Shown: positions 50,995 to 64,000 of the stretch, piece after piece
How positions within the stretch are numbered: the first letter of the stretch is position 1
Layout: each line of letters starts with the position of its first letter
Assembly (NCBI GenBank): GCA_951406725.2
Contig: OX597827.1
Coordinates: forward strand, 56,606,001-56,670,000
From: Octopus vulgaris
Taxonomy: Eukaryota
DNA length: 64,000 nucleotides
Direction of reading: 5' to 3'
The notes under the pieces: model-generated
The model's input: the letters and a program-made list of their open reading frames with translations, nothing else
Database searches by the model: none
What the model was told of the DNA's origin: nothing
Position numbers and translations under genes: made by a program

Positions 50995-51238
50995 TTGTAT
51001 TTAGTTATGAGAATGAAGAAAATAGTAAAAATTATAAGTTTCTAGCTGATAAATTGACTGTAAATTTAATTAACAAAATCCTTCTCTATGTGTGTGTATA
51101 TACACATAAACACACACACACATACATACACACACACAAACACAGAGAGACGGATTTGGTTAATTAAATTTACAGTCAATTTATCAGCTAGAAACTTATA
51201 ATTATTACTATTTTCTTCATTCTCATAATTAAATACAA
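50995..51238. repeat. Fold-back, ~100-bp arms around a (CA)n spacer
   Basis: TTGTATTTAGTTATGAGAATGAAGAAAATAGTAA...AAATTTAATTAA versus TTAATTAAATTT...TTACTATTTTCTTCATTCTCATAATTAAATACAA. Confidence 0.92.
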
Positions 51239-51272
51239 TGTATGTGTGTGTGTGTATATATGTGTGTGTGTG

Positions 51273-51319
<47 letters not shown>

Positions 51320-51538
51320 AATTCAAAGAACAAACAGTTAAAAAACAGAGAAAAAAAAATGAACACGGGGGTGTGCACAAGCAATATATTAATTTGATGC
51401 TCGGTAAAAGGAAAGAGTTGTTAACGTTTTGAGCATAGCTCTTTGTCAGAAAGAGAAAAGTCCAAAGAGAAAGAAGAAAAAATAAGGGAAAACTGCCAAC
51501 AATTCTTGTGTGGTTACATTTCTGAAGTGTCAGGAAGT

Positions 51539-51572
<34 letters not shown>

Positions 51573-52046
51573 TGTGACCGACCAGGCTATCAGATGTTGC
51601 TACACATCGCTGGTCACAATGCGCTTCGCATTGTTTTAGCCTTCAAATTGTGCCACCCCACTGGCTAAGTGAGCAGGTCAACAGAAGGAAGAGTGAGAGA
51701 AAGTTGCAGCAAAAGAGTACAACAGGGGTCGCCACTCTCCCCTGCCGGAGCATCGTGGAGCTTTTAGGTGTTTTCGCTCAATAAATACTTACAACGCCCG
51801 GTCTGGGAATTGAAACCACGATCCTATGACCGCGAGTTCGCTGCCCTAACCACTGGGCCATTGCGCCTCCACACACACACATACACATATATATCTTTAT
51901 ATCTTTTACTTGTTTCAGTATTAGACTGGGGCACTGCCTTATAATATATATATAAAACAAATAGATATAAGTATGCCATATAGACATGACTGTGAGGTTA
52001 AGAAGTTCACTGCGGAAAGAAGTGCCATGTTCTTTATATATTTGAG

Positions 52047-52523
52047 TACCATAAATCCTCGAGTATAATCCACATTTTTTTCCCCAAATTTATATATGAG
52101 GTTAAAAATGAAAAATATTTTCTAAACAATGTCCGAGTTTCTATTTGCTGTCTGGCAAGGTTTATTCAGACGCATTTTGTGATGTCAGGCGCGAAAATAC
52201 CTTAAGCTAAGCCTGAAAGCAATGAAGTCATAAAAGAACCATCCATAACTTGCAGCAAGCAACATTTATTAAAATAAAAGTATTCAGAACACAGAATAAC
52301 ATGTAACAGAAACAATTTGCAAACATATTTACATTCCCATTATTGTATTACGTATGTGCAGAAGTGTTTGTTTGACTAGGTGCTGCTAGCTTAATTACGC
52401 ACGACTCAAGTTAGAGAAGAGGTGTGTATTATACACAAAGTTTAGGTTTTTCAGAGGTACAGCACCCTAAAAATCCCCCATGTATTATATTTGAGGGCGG
52501 ACTATACTCGAGGATTAACAGTA
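52047..52523. mobile_element. pogo/Tigger-like MITE
   Basis: TA-CCATAAATCCTCGAGTATAATCC ... GGACTATACTCGAGGATTAACAG-TA (TIRs with TA TSD). Confidence 0.8.
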
Positions 52524-54470
52524 TGTGGTTATTTTGAAAATACCTCACAGAGTGGCAACCATGCCCTGCACAGTTATGGGCTGGTCTTTGGCAAGGCATA
52601 GCAGCTGTTCAGTCACCCTGCCAGGGATATGGTGAAGTCATGTGACTGCAGCATGGTAGATTGTGAAGAAGTAGCAGAAGAGCTCAATTGAGTCAACGGT
52701 GCTTCTTACATTGATGTGGAGTGGAGGAATCCTAGAGGATGAATGATTAGGATAACCAAGCTCTATCAAGAACACCTGTTCAGTCACCCTGCCAAGGATA
52801 CAGCAAAGTCATGGGACTGCAGCATGGTGGATTATGAAGAGGTAGTGGAAGAGCTCAGCTGAGCCAACAGTGGTTCTTATATTGATGTGGAGTGGAGGAA
52901 TCCTCACCTGTCAGGATCATGAAGGTCCATCAAGAGAGGAACTGCAACGCATCCATCGTTGTCCATCATTGTGTAATCAGCTAATGAAAGATTCTCTAGG
53001 ACTTGAGCTCCCAATTCAAATTCATAATAATGGAATTAGATAGCGACAAAGAGTCACAGGAATCTGTATTATATATGACAAATATAATTCTGAAGACATG
53101 ACAGCTTCTTAGAGCTGATGCCACAGAAAGAAAAACAAAAAAAAAACTCAATGCACTCTGTGAAGTGGTTGATGTTAGAAAGGGCAGCAATGTAAAAAAT
53201 TTATTTATTCTTTATCTTCTATTTCTTATTTGTTCCAGCCCATGCTAGAGCAGTGCCTTGTACTTACTTTTTTTTTCAACTCTGATACTTATTTTATCTG
53301 TCTGTTTTGCCGAACCACTAAGTTACAGGGATGTAATCATACCAACACCAGTTATCAAATGGTGGTAGGGGACAAAAATAAACACATACACATGAAGGGC
53401 TTCTTTCAGTTTCCATCTACCAAATCCATTCATAAGGCTTTAATTGGTTTGGAGCTACAGTAGAAGACACTTGCCCAAGGTAAAACAGTGGGACTGAACC
53501 TGAAATCATGTGGTTTGGAAACAAGCCTCTTACCACACATCACACCTGTATAAGATTTTTTTACGTAATTCTGAATAAAAATAAAAACAAAAATGATAAT
53601 TGGCAAGATATCATATAAACTCAAAAATTTATTTGTTAAGTATAAAGTGATTCTAGAAGCTTCTGTTGTCAACACAAGCTAAAATGACTGTCTACAGCAT
53701 TTCATGTTTATAAACAATCACTGTCAAAAAAGCCAAATGTATTTTGAGTTATTCTTGCAATTTCTACGATTTAAAGACTATTTAATCTCTTTTCTTGCTT
53801 TCTTTATTGATCACATTAGCCTGTCATGATTGATGACCCAATTAAAATTTCTCTTAGCTTGCATTATCCTAGTTGCTGACGCTAAGTAATTTCAAGTATG
53901 TGAAAGCCATTGTCAGGACATATGAAGCTGGCTAAGCTTGGCAAATTGAAGAATATCAAAGAGAATTTTAAAAGCCTCACAGAATGTAAGTAAAATAGTT
54001 GTTGTCATGACAACACAAATATCAAGAAAAAATAATTTTTTTTTTTAGTTTGGACAGGGTATAACACACTGTAAGTAGTAAATATTCTATGGACGTTTCC
54101 TGATATAATCTATATATGCATTGCATAACATAAGCACAATAACTTCCTAAACATACTAATTACTACTACTACTACTACTACTACTACTACATCATCATCA
54201 TCATCATCATCAACAACAACATTTAATACTTGTTTTCCATGTTGGCATGGGTTGGATGGCAAGGCCAAGGGTCACACCAGGTTCCATAGTCTGTTTTGGC
54301 TTGGATTCTATGCCTGGATGCCCTTCCAATGCCAGCCACTCCATAGAGTGCACAGGGTGCTTTTATTTGTGGCACCAGCACCCGCACCAATACTTTTATG
54401 TGGCACCTTGGTTTTAGAATCTTAATTCTACTGGGCGGGTACGTCTTCTTGAGTACAGCAATGCTCTGCA

Positions 54471-55360
54471 TATCTCGATCCTCTGTCATCTCATACAGCA
54501 ATATGCCACATATCTCAATCCTCTGTCATCTCATACAGCAATATGCCACATATCTCAATCCTCTGTCATCTCATACAGCAATATGCCACATATCTCAATC
54601 CTCTGTCATCTCATACAGCAATATGCCACATATCTCAATCCTCTGTCATCTCATACAGCAATATGCCACATATCTCAATCCTCTGTCATCTCATACAGCA
54701 ATATGCCACAGATCTCAATCCTCTGTCATCTCATACAGCAATATGCCACAGATCTCAATCCTCTGTCATCTCATACAGCAATATGCCACATATCTCAATC
54801 CTCTGTCATCTCATACAGCAATATGCCACATATCTCAATCCTCTGTCATCTCATACAGCAATATGCCACAGATCTCAATCCTCTGTCATCTCATACAGCA
54901 ATATGCCACAGATCTCAATCCTCTGTCATCTCATACAGCAATATGCCACATATCTCAATCCTCTGTCATCTCATACAGCAATATGCCACATATCTCAATC
55001 CTCTGTCATCTCATACAGCAATATGCCACATATCTCAATCCTCTGTCATCTCATACAGCAATATGCCACATATCTCAATCCTCTGTCATCTCATACAGCA
55101 ATATGCCACAGATCTCAATCCTCTGTCATCTCATACAGCAATATGCCACATATCTCAATCCTCTGTCATCTCATACAGCAATATGCCACATATCTCAATC
55201 CTCTGTCATCTCATACAGCAATATGCCACAGATCTCAATCCTCTGTCATCTCATACAGCAATATGCCACAGATCTCAATCCTCTGTCATCTCATACAGCA
55301 ATATGCCACAGATCTCAATCCTCTGTTATCTCATACAGCAATGTGCTACATATCTCAGTC
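54471..55360. repeat. 40-bp minisatellite, ~22 copies
   Basis: Unit (T/G)ATCTCAATCCTCTGTCATCTCATACAGCAATATGCCACA, near-perfect. Confidence 0.98.
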
Positions 55361-58300
55361 CTCCGACCCTAAGACTTATTCATTGTAAGCCTAGTACTTA
55401 TTCTATTAGACTCTTTTGCTGAACCACTAAGTTATAGGGACATAAAGACACCAAAATCGGTTGTCAAGTGATGGGGTTGGCAAGCACAAAGACATTCACA
55501 CACATACACACAGATATATACAGGGGCTTCTTTCAGTTTCCACCTAAATCCACTCACAAGGTTTTGGTCGGCCTGAGGCTATAGTAGAAGATACTTGTCC
55601 AAGATACCATGCAGTGAGACTGAACTTATAACCATATGGTTGGGAAGCAAGCTTTTTACCACACAGCTATGCCTGCATTTTTTATATTATAATATATAAT
55701 ATATGATAGTGAAGGTGTGAGGCCTACTGGATAGGGTGTTACACTCATGATTGCGGTTTCAATTCCTGGACCAGGTAGTGCATTGTGTTCCTGAGCAAAC
55801 CACCTCATCTTACATGGCTCTGTAATCATTTCAACATCTGATGTATGTCACACTCATGCACCAATACGAGTAATGTTGATTTGATGGTGAGAGTGAGTGC
55901 ATATATTTGATCACAATAAACAAATCATCTGTGCAAGTTGCTCAGCAAAAAATTGCAGAACCCTTATCTGTCACCTATGGCAGGAGATGCCATGATAAAT
56001 ATGGTAACTATGTATGCATGCATGCATGCACGTACATGTGCATGTGTGTGTGTGTAACATTTCTTTTTCTTTTTTCTTAGACCCAGGAAGACATGGGACA
56101 GGGTGGTGAAATGTGATTTTCAGATGTTGAGTCTCATGGAAGTAATGTCAAGTGACCAGGACATCTGATGATTTGCTGTGCTTGAGAAGACTTAAATGGA
56201 ATCATGGTTGTGGCCTGTGCTGGTGACACATAAGAGGCACCCATGCCAGTGATACACAAAAAGACCTCTGCCAATGACATGTGAAAGACACCCACTATAC
56301 TCTGTAGAGTGGTTGGCATTAGGAAGGACATCCCGCTGTAGAAACCACGTCAAAACAGATTGGAGCCTGTATATACGATGAGCTTCTTTCAGTTTCCGTC
56401 TATCAAATCCACTCACAAGGCTTTGGTCGGCCCAAGGCTATAGCAGAAGACACGTGCCCAAGATGCCATGCAGTGGAACTGAACCCAGAACCATGTGGTT
56501 GGTAAGCAAGCTACTTACCACACAGCCACTCCTGAACCTATAAACAGCCTGGCACAAGACCAGCAATTTCAGAGGAGGGGGGCTAAGTCAATTACATCAA
56601 CCCCAGTGCTCAACTGGTACTTATTTTATTGACCCTGAAAGGATGAAAGGCAGAGTTGAACATGGCAGCATTTGAACTCACAACATAAAGTCATAAGAAA
56701 AGCTGCTCAGCATTCTGACCAGCGTGGTAATGATTCTGCCAGCTTGTTGCCTTGTTCCATCATTTAATATCGGCTGATAATGGAAGCATATTGTATACTG
56801 CTTTCAGGAGGAATCACAACCTTTGTTGATTCTATTTTTCACAACCTGTTCTATACTAACCTCTTTTATTCTCTCATTTCCTATGTGCATTGGCATCGAC
56901 CTCCTAATCCCACTGCCTTAGTTGTTTGTTCCTGCTCTTCAATATCATGAACTGGCAGAATCGTTAGCATGCGAAGCTGTATTTTGTCTGTCGTTACGTT
57001 CTGAGTTCAAATTATGCCGAGGTCGACTTTGCCTTTCATCCTTTCGGGGTCGATTACATAAGTTCCAGTTACACACAGGGGTCGATATAATTGACTTAAT
57101 CCGTTTGTCTGTCCTTGTTTGTCCTCTCTGTGTTTAGCCCCTTGTGGGTAGTAAAGAAATAAATATGACGAGTTTCTTTGGTTACAATATTTCACCTGCC
57201 TCGGTTATTCTGGAGAAAGAAACCCTTTGTTCTGTGTCCATTCAAGTCCTGCCTATGTGTCCTGCATTTGTAAATACATAAACCACCATCCGACCGTGGC
57301 CATTTGCCAGCCCTGTCTGGCAACTGTGCCGGTGGCACGTAAAAAGCACCCACTACACTCACGGAGTGGTTGGCGTTAGGAAGGGCATCCAGCTGTAGAA
57401 ACAGTGCCAGATCAGACTGGGCCTGGCGCAGCCTTCTGGCTTCCCAGACCCCAGTTGAACTGTCCAACCCATGCTAGCATGGAAAGCGGATGCTAAATGA
57501 TGATGATGATAAATCATGAGTCTGCATTAAACTCACCAGCATGAAAAGACCTCCCTCACCATGCATTATGGACACTACCACTTTTCTTCTGATTAACTGT
57601 TATAAAAAAATGTATCCACCAAGTGAGGAAAAGAACATGGTAAGTTTTACAATGAAGAAATTGTTCTGTTTAGGTAGACAATGCTGGGTCTTCGGTAGGA
57701 TCTGGTGAGCCACAGGGCTGCATTGAGCTCCAATGTCAGCTTTGGCATGGTTTCTATGGTTAGATACCCCTTCCTAATGCTAACTGTCTTAAAGAGTGTA
57801 CTGAGTGTTTTTCTCATGTCACTAGCACCAGTGAGGTTCCTGAACAAAAAAAAAAAAGAAAAAGATAAAGCCCCATTGATTAAGTTGTCTTTTGGTGATG
57901 GCACAGGAATATTTGAGAAGGGGAGCTGGCGTTATGCCAGGAGTGGAGGGGCTAAACTATTCAGAGCAGTGTGGTAAGTAACTTTGCTAACAGAAAAACA
58001 AGAGTTAACGAGATGTTTTAAGCTGTTATGACCAGCATTCTAGATATGAAAATAAAACTGATACAAAGACAGTGTTTCATCTCACTTATGCAACATCCCT
58101 AATACTGGTGCACAACAAATACACCCAGTTCACTCTACTAAAAGCTGCCAAGAAGAAGCAAATTAAGTCAAATAGAATTAGCACCTCTGATCATATTAGT
58201 TTTTGTGCCAAAACTAACATCTAATGAATTAATACTGCACACAGCGTGTAAAAACACTTTCTGAAATCATCTTCATCATATGACATCCCCTTTTTCATAC

Positions 58301-59652
58301 ATGCATGGGTCAGACAGAATTTGTGAAAGGCGATGAGCTGGCAGAAACGTTAGTGTGTTGGGCGAAATGCTTAGCGGTATTTCGTCTACCGTTACATTCT
58401 GAGTTCAAATTCCACCGAGGTCGACTTTGCCTTTCATCCTTTTGGGGTCGATAAATTAAGTACCAGTTATGCACTGGGGGCGATATAATCAACTTAATCC
58501 CTTTGTCTGTCCTTGTTTGTCCTCTCCGTGTTTAGCTCCTTGTGAGCAATAAAGAAATAAGAATTTGTTGAGGCACATTTTCTATAGATAGATGCCCTTC
58601 CTTTTGCCAACCCCCACCTCCTGTTTTCAAGCAAGGTAATATTTCCTCATGGTCAGACATGTTTTTCATAGAAGACTGCAAATGAATAACATAGCTCATA
58701 TGACACTGAGTGCCAGTAAGGTGATTCTGGTAACGATCACGCTTGGATGGTGTCTTTTACATGCCACCGGCACGGAGGCCAGATAGCCGCTCTGGCAACG
58801 ATCATGCTCGGATGGTGCTCTTTAAGGCGATGCTGGTAATGATCATGCTCGAATGGTGCCTTTTAAGTGCCACTGGCACAGAAGCCGGTTAGCCGCTCTG
58901 TCAATGATCATACTCATATGGTGCTCTTTGCACCCCGCTAGCACAGACGCCAGTCATCGAATTTGATTTTGATTTTTTATTTATATGGAAGGGATAAAGA
59001 GGTGGTATTCATCAACTTTTAGACATTATATTATGTCTATTTATTTATCTTTTTAAAAAACCATTATAACAATATACATACATGTATAACATATTATGCT
59101 TTACATATATAATATATAAAAATACCAGTAATAGATATACATTTAATCTTGCTGTGTGAATAAACATATGCATGTTGACTAATTTACAATTTATCCACAC
59201 ATACAATCGCAGTAATTTAGTTAAATTATATCTTTATCTATGTGTGTATGTGTGTGTGTGTATATAATTAATAGAAATAGATCTGAAGGATTACTTTCAG
59301 ACTGCAGCAGATAAAGTCTCTGTCTGCAGAAAACAATCCACATTGAATTGAATTTTCATTGAATAATATTCCAGCATGAATTGCTGCATACTGATTGAAT
59401 AACTATATAGCGGTTTGCCTCTAAAATCTATATATGTATATATATATATAATAATTAATAATATTAGGGAGTATAACTCCAAACTTACAGAGAAAAATTC
59501 AACTTAGTATTAAATCAAATTTCACAATATAAATATATAATATATATATAAATTAGAGAAAAACCACAAAAAAATACAAATTGTATTTTTCTATATGATA
59601 TGGTTTATGTCTATCATTATTTGAATTACATAATAGTGGTTTTTCTCTAATT

Positions 59653-59683
<31 letters not shown>

Positions 59684-62600
59684 ATATTCATATATATATA
59701 TATGAAATGTGGCACCTTGGACAAATGTCTTCTACTATAGTCTTAGGCTGACCAAAGCCATTTGAGTGGATTTAGTAGACAGAAACTGAAAGAAGCTAAG
59801 CTGGCAGAATTGTTAGCACACCGGGCGAAATGCTTAGCGGTGTTTTGTCTGCCACTATGTTCTGAGTTCAAATTTGTCTTTCATCCTTTCGGGGTTGATA
59901 AATTAAGTACCAGTTACGCACTGGGGCCGATGTAATTGACTTAATCCCTTTGTCCCCTCTATGTTAAGCCCCTTGTGGGTAATAAAGGAATAAGAAACTG
60001 AAAGAAGTCTATATTCTTTTATTCTTTTACTTGTTTCAGTCATTTGACTGTGGCCATGCTGGAGCACTGCTTTTTAGTCAAATAAATCGAACCCAGGACT
60101 TATTCTTTGTAAGCCTAGTACTTATTCTATCGGTCTCTTTTGCCAAACCACTAAGTAACAGGGACGTAAAAGAACCAACACCAGTTGTCAAGCAATGGTG
60201 GTGATGGTGGTGGGGGCAAACACAGACACACACACAAATATATATATACATATATATATACATACATATATATATATATTTATATATGACAGGCTTCTTT
60301 CAGTTTCTGTCTAGGAAATCCACTCACAAGGCTTTGGTTGGCCCAAGGCTATCGTAGAAGACACTTGCCCAAGGTGTCACAGAGTGGGACTGAGCCCAGA
60401 ACCATGTGGTTAGGAAGCAAGCTTCTTACCACACAGCTACACTTATAAATCTGTGTGTGTATGTGTGTGTGTGTCTGTCTGTCTCCCACCACTGCTTGAT
60501 AACCAGTGTTGGTGCATTTATGGTTTTGCAACTTAGCAGTTTGGCAAAAGACACCAATAGAATAAGTACTAGGCTTAAAAACAAGTCCTGGGGCTGATTT
60601 GTTCAACTAAACCCTTCGAGGCGATGCCCCAGCATGGCCACAGTGAAATTACTGGAACAAGTAAAATATAAAAGATACGTATGTGTTTATGTCTTTGTAC
60701 CTGTCTCCATCTCTACTGCTTGATAATCGGTGCTGGTTTGTTTATGTCCCCCCTGATAGAATAAGTACCAGGTTTACAAAAAAAGGAAAAAAAAAAACTC
60801 TGGGGTTGATTTGTTTGACTTGGCCTTTTAAGACGGAGCCCCATCATGGCTGCAGACCAATGACCAAAATAAATAAAAGAAAATAGAGACAGACAGACAG
60901 ACAGACAGACACACACACACAGAGCTGACAAGCTTATAATGTGAGAATGGTTACATAACTTTTCCTACATACATTTCACCAAAATATTACAGCCTGTTGC
61001 AGCCTGGTGTCGTTGCAAGACACTCTAGTTCTTCCACTCTGATGTTGGCATTATTGATTAAATGCTATCACACATTAAGAAATAGAGCTGAAGGATTACT
61101 TTCAGACTGCAGCAGATAAAGTCTCTGTCTGCAGAAAACAATCCACACTGAATTGAATTTTCATTGAATAATAATTCCAGCATAAATTGCTGCATACTGA
61201 CACAACCATCACTATCATTTTATCCAGTTGCTTTGGCTCGTTTGCTTTGGTCTTTTTTTCTCCAATGTTTATGATAATTGAAAAAAATTATTTGTATGAA
61301 ACCTGACTTTTTAAGCTGGGTATAAGCAAAGGGTAATATAACGAGGTGTTATTTAGCACTGGTGTTAAATTGTAGGACAGATCGCATTACTTTGTCATGA
61401 TGATATTTCTTATTATAAAAAAAAAAAAAAACACCTAGAAAATACACTTTCAGTTTACAAAATAATACACAAGTCTGAATGAGCTTTAACAAAACAAATG
61501 TTTTATAAAAATTTGTGGCTGTATGGTAGGGAGTTTACATCCCAACCACATGGTTCTGGATTCAGTTCATTTTGTGACACCTTGGTTGTGGCACCTTGGA
61601 CAGATATCTTCTGCTATAGCCCTGGGCTGACCAAAGTCTTGTGATAGGATTTGGTAGATAGAAACTGAAACAAGGACATCATTGTCTGTCTGTCTGTCCA
61701 TATACATATACGTATGTTTCTATGTGTCCATCCCTGTCACAAATTGATTACTGGTGTTGGTTTGTTTACACCCCCATAACTTAGCAGTTCGGCAACAAAA
61801 GACCAATAGAATAAGTACAAGGCTTAGAGTAAAAAAAAAAGAAGTCATTTTGTTCGACTAAACCCTTCAAGGCAATGTTCCATCATGGCTAGTTTTTAGC
61901 ATTATATACAGATTACCATGAGAGATCAGACATCAGAAGTCCTAGCATTTCAAAAACACATACATACACTAAAGAATGTCTAGTTGCTGTTTAGTCCAAA
62001 GTCAGCCCTGATTTTCTGTGACCATCCCATCTTTTTCTACATCAGGGATCATATTATCTAATCAGTCCCTCTCTTTTCAAGATAGATATGATTTGAGAGA
62101 GATTTTGTTGCTATTTCTAGTAAGTCAAGCAGCCATATAAATGCGCCTATGTTGGCTTCTAAAATTTCTAGTTCTAGATACAGCAAACATTCTTCAGAGA
62201 TTGTTTCATATATTGAACATATGACTGTGCAGCCAAGAATTTAACTTTACAACCATGTGATTCTGGGTTTGATCCAAGCTTGAAGTATCTTTAGCACATA
62301 TCTTCTATTATAGCCTTCAGCTAAACAATATGTTGGTTTCAAATTTTGGTACAAGGCTATCAGTTTTGAGGGAGGGGCTGAGTTGCAAAAGTTGATCCAA
62401 GTCCTCAGCTGGTACTTATTTTATCAACCACGAAAAGATGAAAGGCAAAGTTGGAGGAAACACTGCTAAGCATTTCACCTGGTGTGCTAATGATTCTGTT
62501 AACTCACTGTCTCTGGGTTAATCAATATACCTATTTCTTTACTGCCCACAAGGGGCTAAACACAGAGGGAACAAACAAGGACAGACAAACGGATTAAGTC

Positions 62601-62944
62601 GATTACATCGACCCCAGTGCATAACTGGTACTTATTTAATCGACCCTGAAAGGATGAAAGGCAAAGTCAACCTTGGCAGAATTTGTACTCAGAACATAGC
62701 GGCAGCCGAAATACTGCTAAGCATTTCGCCCAGCATGCTAATGATTCTGCCAGCTAATCAATATACCGCAAATGGAATTTGGTAGAGGGGAAACTGTGTA
62801 AAAGTCCATTGAATATGGGTGTATGTGTGTGACTGTATTTATGCTTACACTGGTTTGGAAAACTGGTGTTGTTAATATTGTGACTTTTATGTCCAGAAAC
62901 TTAGCATTTAACAGAGAGTTAAAATCGGTGTGCAGAGGGGGTTG

Positions 62945-63307
62945 TACTTGTACTTGTGGCGACATTCACCCTGGGCAGGAAGAGTCGGCTTCTTCTCATG
63001 GAAGAAGTTTCGTGGGAATATGTGGATTTCACAAGCGGTCCCCAACAATCCCGCATGTGGAGACATTCTGTTTGCCGCAGATTGTCCGCAGACGCAGGGA
63101 CAGAACGACTGAGGAACCGCCGGTTGCCGAAGCAGACACTCCGAGGATTTTCAACGTCTGCCGGGTTGTGGCCCTAATACCACTCGGTGTCAGACCAATC
63201 CACCTTGGGTGGCCCTACCAGGAACCAAAGTTCCCCCGACAGCATGGCTCTGGCACTACCTGTTGCCAGCGTCCCCACCACGGTGAGGAGGGGATGGACT
63301 TTGGGGA
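62945..63307 (-). mobile_element. Full-length non-autonomous RTE-derived element
   Basis: The - strand starts with an RTE 5'-UTR-like motif (CACCGTGGTGGGG...GAGCCATGCTGTCGGGGG...CCTGGTAGGGCCACCCAAGG) and ends GTGAATGTCGCCAC-(AAGTAC)n; flanked by TGCAGAGGGGGTTG / TGCTAGGGGGTTG (probable TSD). Confidence 0.65.
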
Positions 63308-64000
63308 TGCTAGGGGGTTGGCAGATAAATTGCTTGACCAATGGAACACCTCCCTTCCATATGCAGTAAAAGAGCAGATATTCTGATTTAGGAAAACAAG
63401 AATTGGGAAAAGCTCAACAACCAGGAGGTAGTATATAATGGTGGTAAAGCAGCAAGCTGTCAGAACCCTTATCGTACTGGGCAAAATGCTAAGCAGCATT
63501 TATCTGTCTTTATGTTTTGAGTTCAAATTCTGTTGAGGTTGACTTTGCTTTTGATCTTTTCGGGGTCAATAAAATAAGTACCAGTTGAACAATGGGGTCG
63601 ATGTAACAGACTTAACACCCCACCCACTCCCCTGAAATTGCTGGCTTTGTGCCAAAAATTGAAACCAATATATATAATGGTGGTGATGCATTTGATTTCT
63701 TTGACAAACACTTGATGGTTATAACTTCCTCTTAACCAATTTCTGAGTGAAATTAGTCTACTCATAACCTTGTCTCAGTTCCCTATCCAGAGCACAAGCA
63801 GCTTAACTTGTTCATCAGTTCAGCAGGCTATGATACTGGCCAGTGACATATACTTGCATCTCCAGATACTGAACTGAAAACTCATGCATTTGTCTAGGTT
63901 AATTACTGTTCCCATCATTGCCGCATATTGTCAAGAAGGTGCTGACCATCGCTGATATCTGACACAGTTATGGTGACATTGTTATCATATGCTGACAGTG

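Noticed and set aside
52605-52903. ~127-bp direct duplication (52605-52733 / 52776-52903)
   Set aside because: The minus strand weakly resembles RTE ORF sequence (PPLHIN...IELFCY); most likely an internal duplication in a decayed LINE.
53858-53985. Exon-like segment on + (ctcttag|...|gtaagt)
   Set aside because: Stops in all three frames and no partner exons; cannot be distinguished from chance.
54471-55360. CRISPR-like regular repeats (also 7057-7281)
   Set aside because: No unique spacers, no cas genes, eukaryotic context.
54398-55422. Three long ORFs (279-324 aa)
   Set aside because: Artefact of a stop-free 40-bp tandem unit read in rotating frames; no splice context or protein features.
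59273-59394. snoRNA or SECIS call for the duplicated 122-nt segment
   Set aside because: No RUGAUGA C box, the ACA box is present in only one copy, and there is no SECIS GA quartet partner; kept only as an unexplained duplication.
59463-59535. Hammerhead call for GGAGT-ATA-ACTCC-AAAC (sister copy ~32135-32207 on -)
   Set aside because: Both copies lack the CUGA box and the G of GAAA; a TA-embedded repeat, but a ribozyme is not supportable.
62823-63386. 187-aa GC-rich ORF
   Set aside because: Runs antisense through the RTE-derived element; no recognisable domain.
63790-63825. CTGATGA followed by a hairpin on the - strand
   Set aside because: No GAAA or stem III follows.

Overview
AT-rich, repeat-dense eukaryotic DNA. 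The SINE set, the microsatellite load and the gene content point to an octopus/cephalopod genome (inference). Two convergent spliced genes can be reconstructed by eye. The first is the last three exons of a + strand Ser/Thr-rich single-pass membrane protein (4681-4791, 7304-7363, 9824-10392). The second is the complete coding sequence of a - strand C20orf27/ADISSP (UPF0687) homologue (49786-49762, 44259-44026, 38609-38481, 35269-35166; 163 aa). The rest is dozens of copies of about five SINE-like families, LINE fragments (RTE, CR1/L2, R4/Dong), DNA-transposon relics (Tc1, mariner-, pogo- and piggyBac-like MITEs, Helitron-like), a tRNA-Trp pseudogene, microsatellites and a 40-bp minisatellite. 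The most unusual signal is a series of more than 10 fold-back (inverted-duplication) elements, mostly embedded in or beside (TA)n/(CA)n tracts. Several carry intact or decayed type I hammerhead-ribozyme motifs, best read as Penelope-like pseudo-LTR/retrozyme-like insertions. Templated copies of local host sequence also occur, one inverted beside an ADISSP exon and one direct. All calls are by eye; no searches or folding programs were run, and repeat boundaries are approximate.
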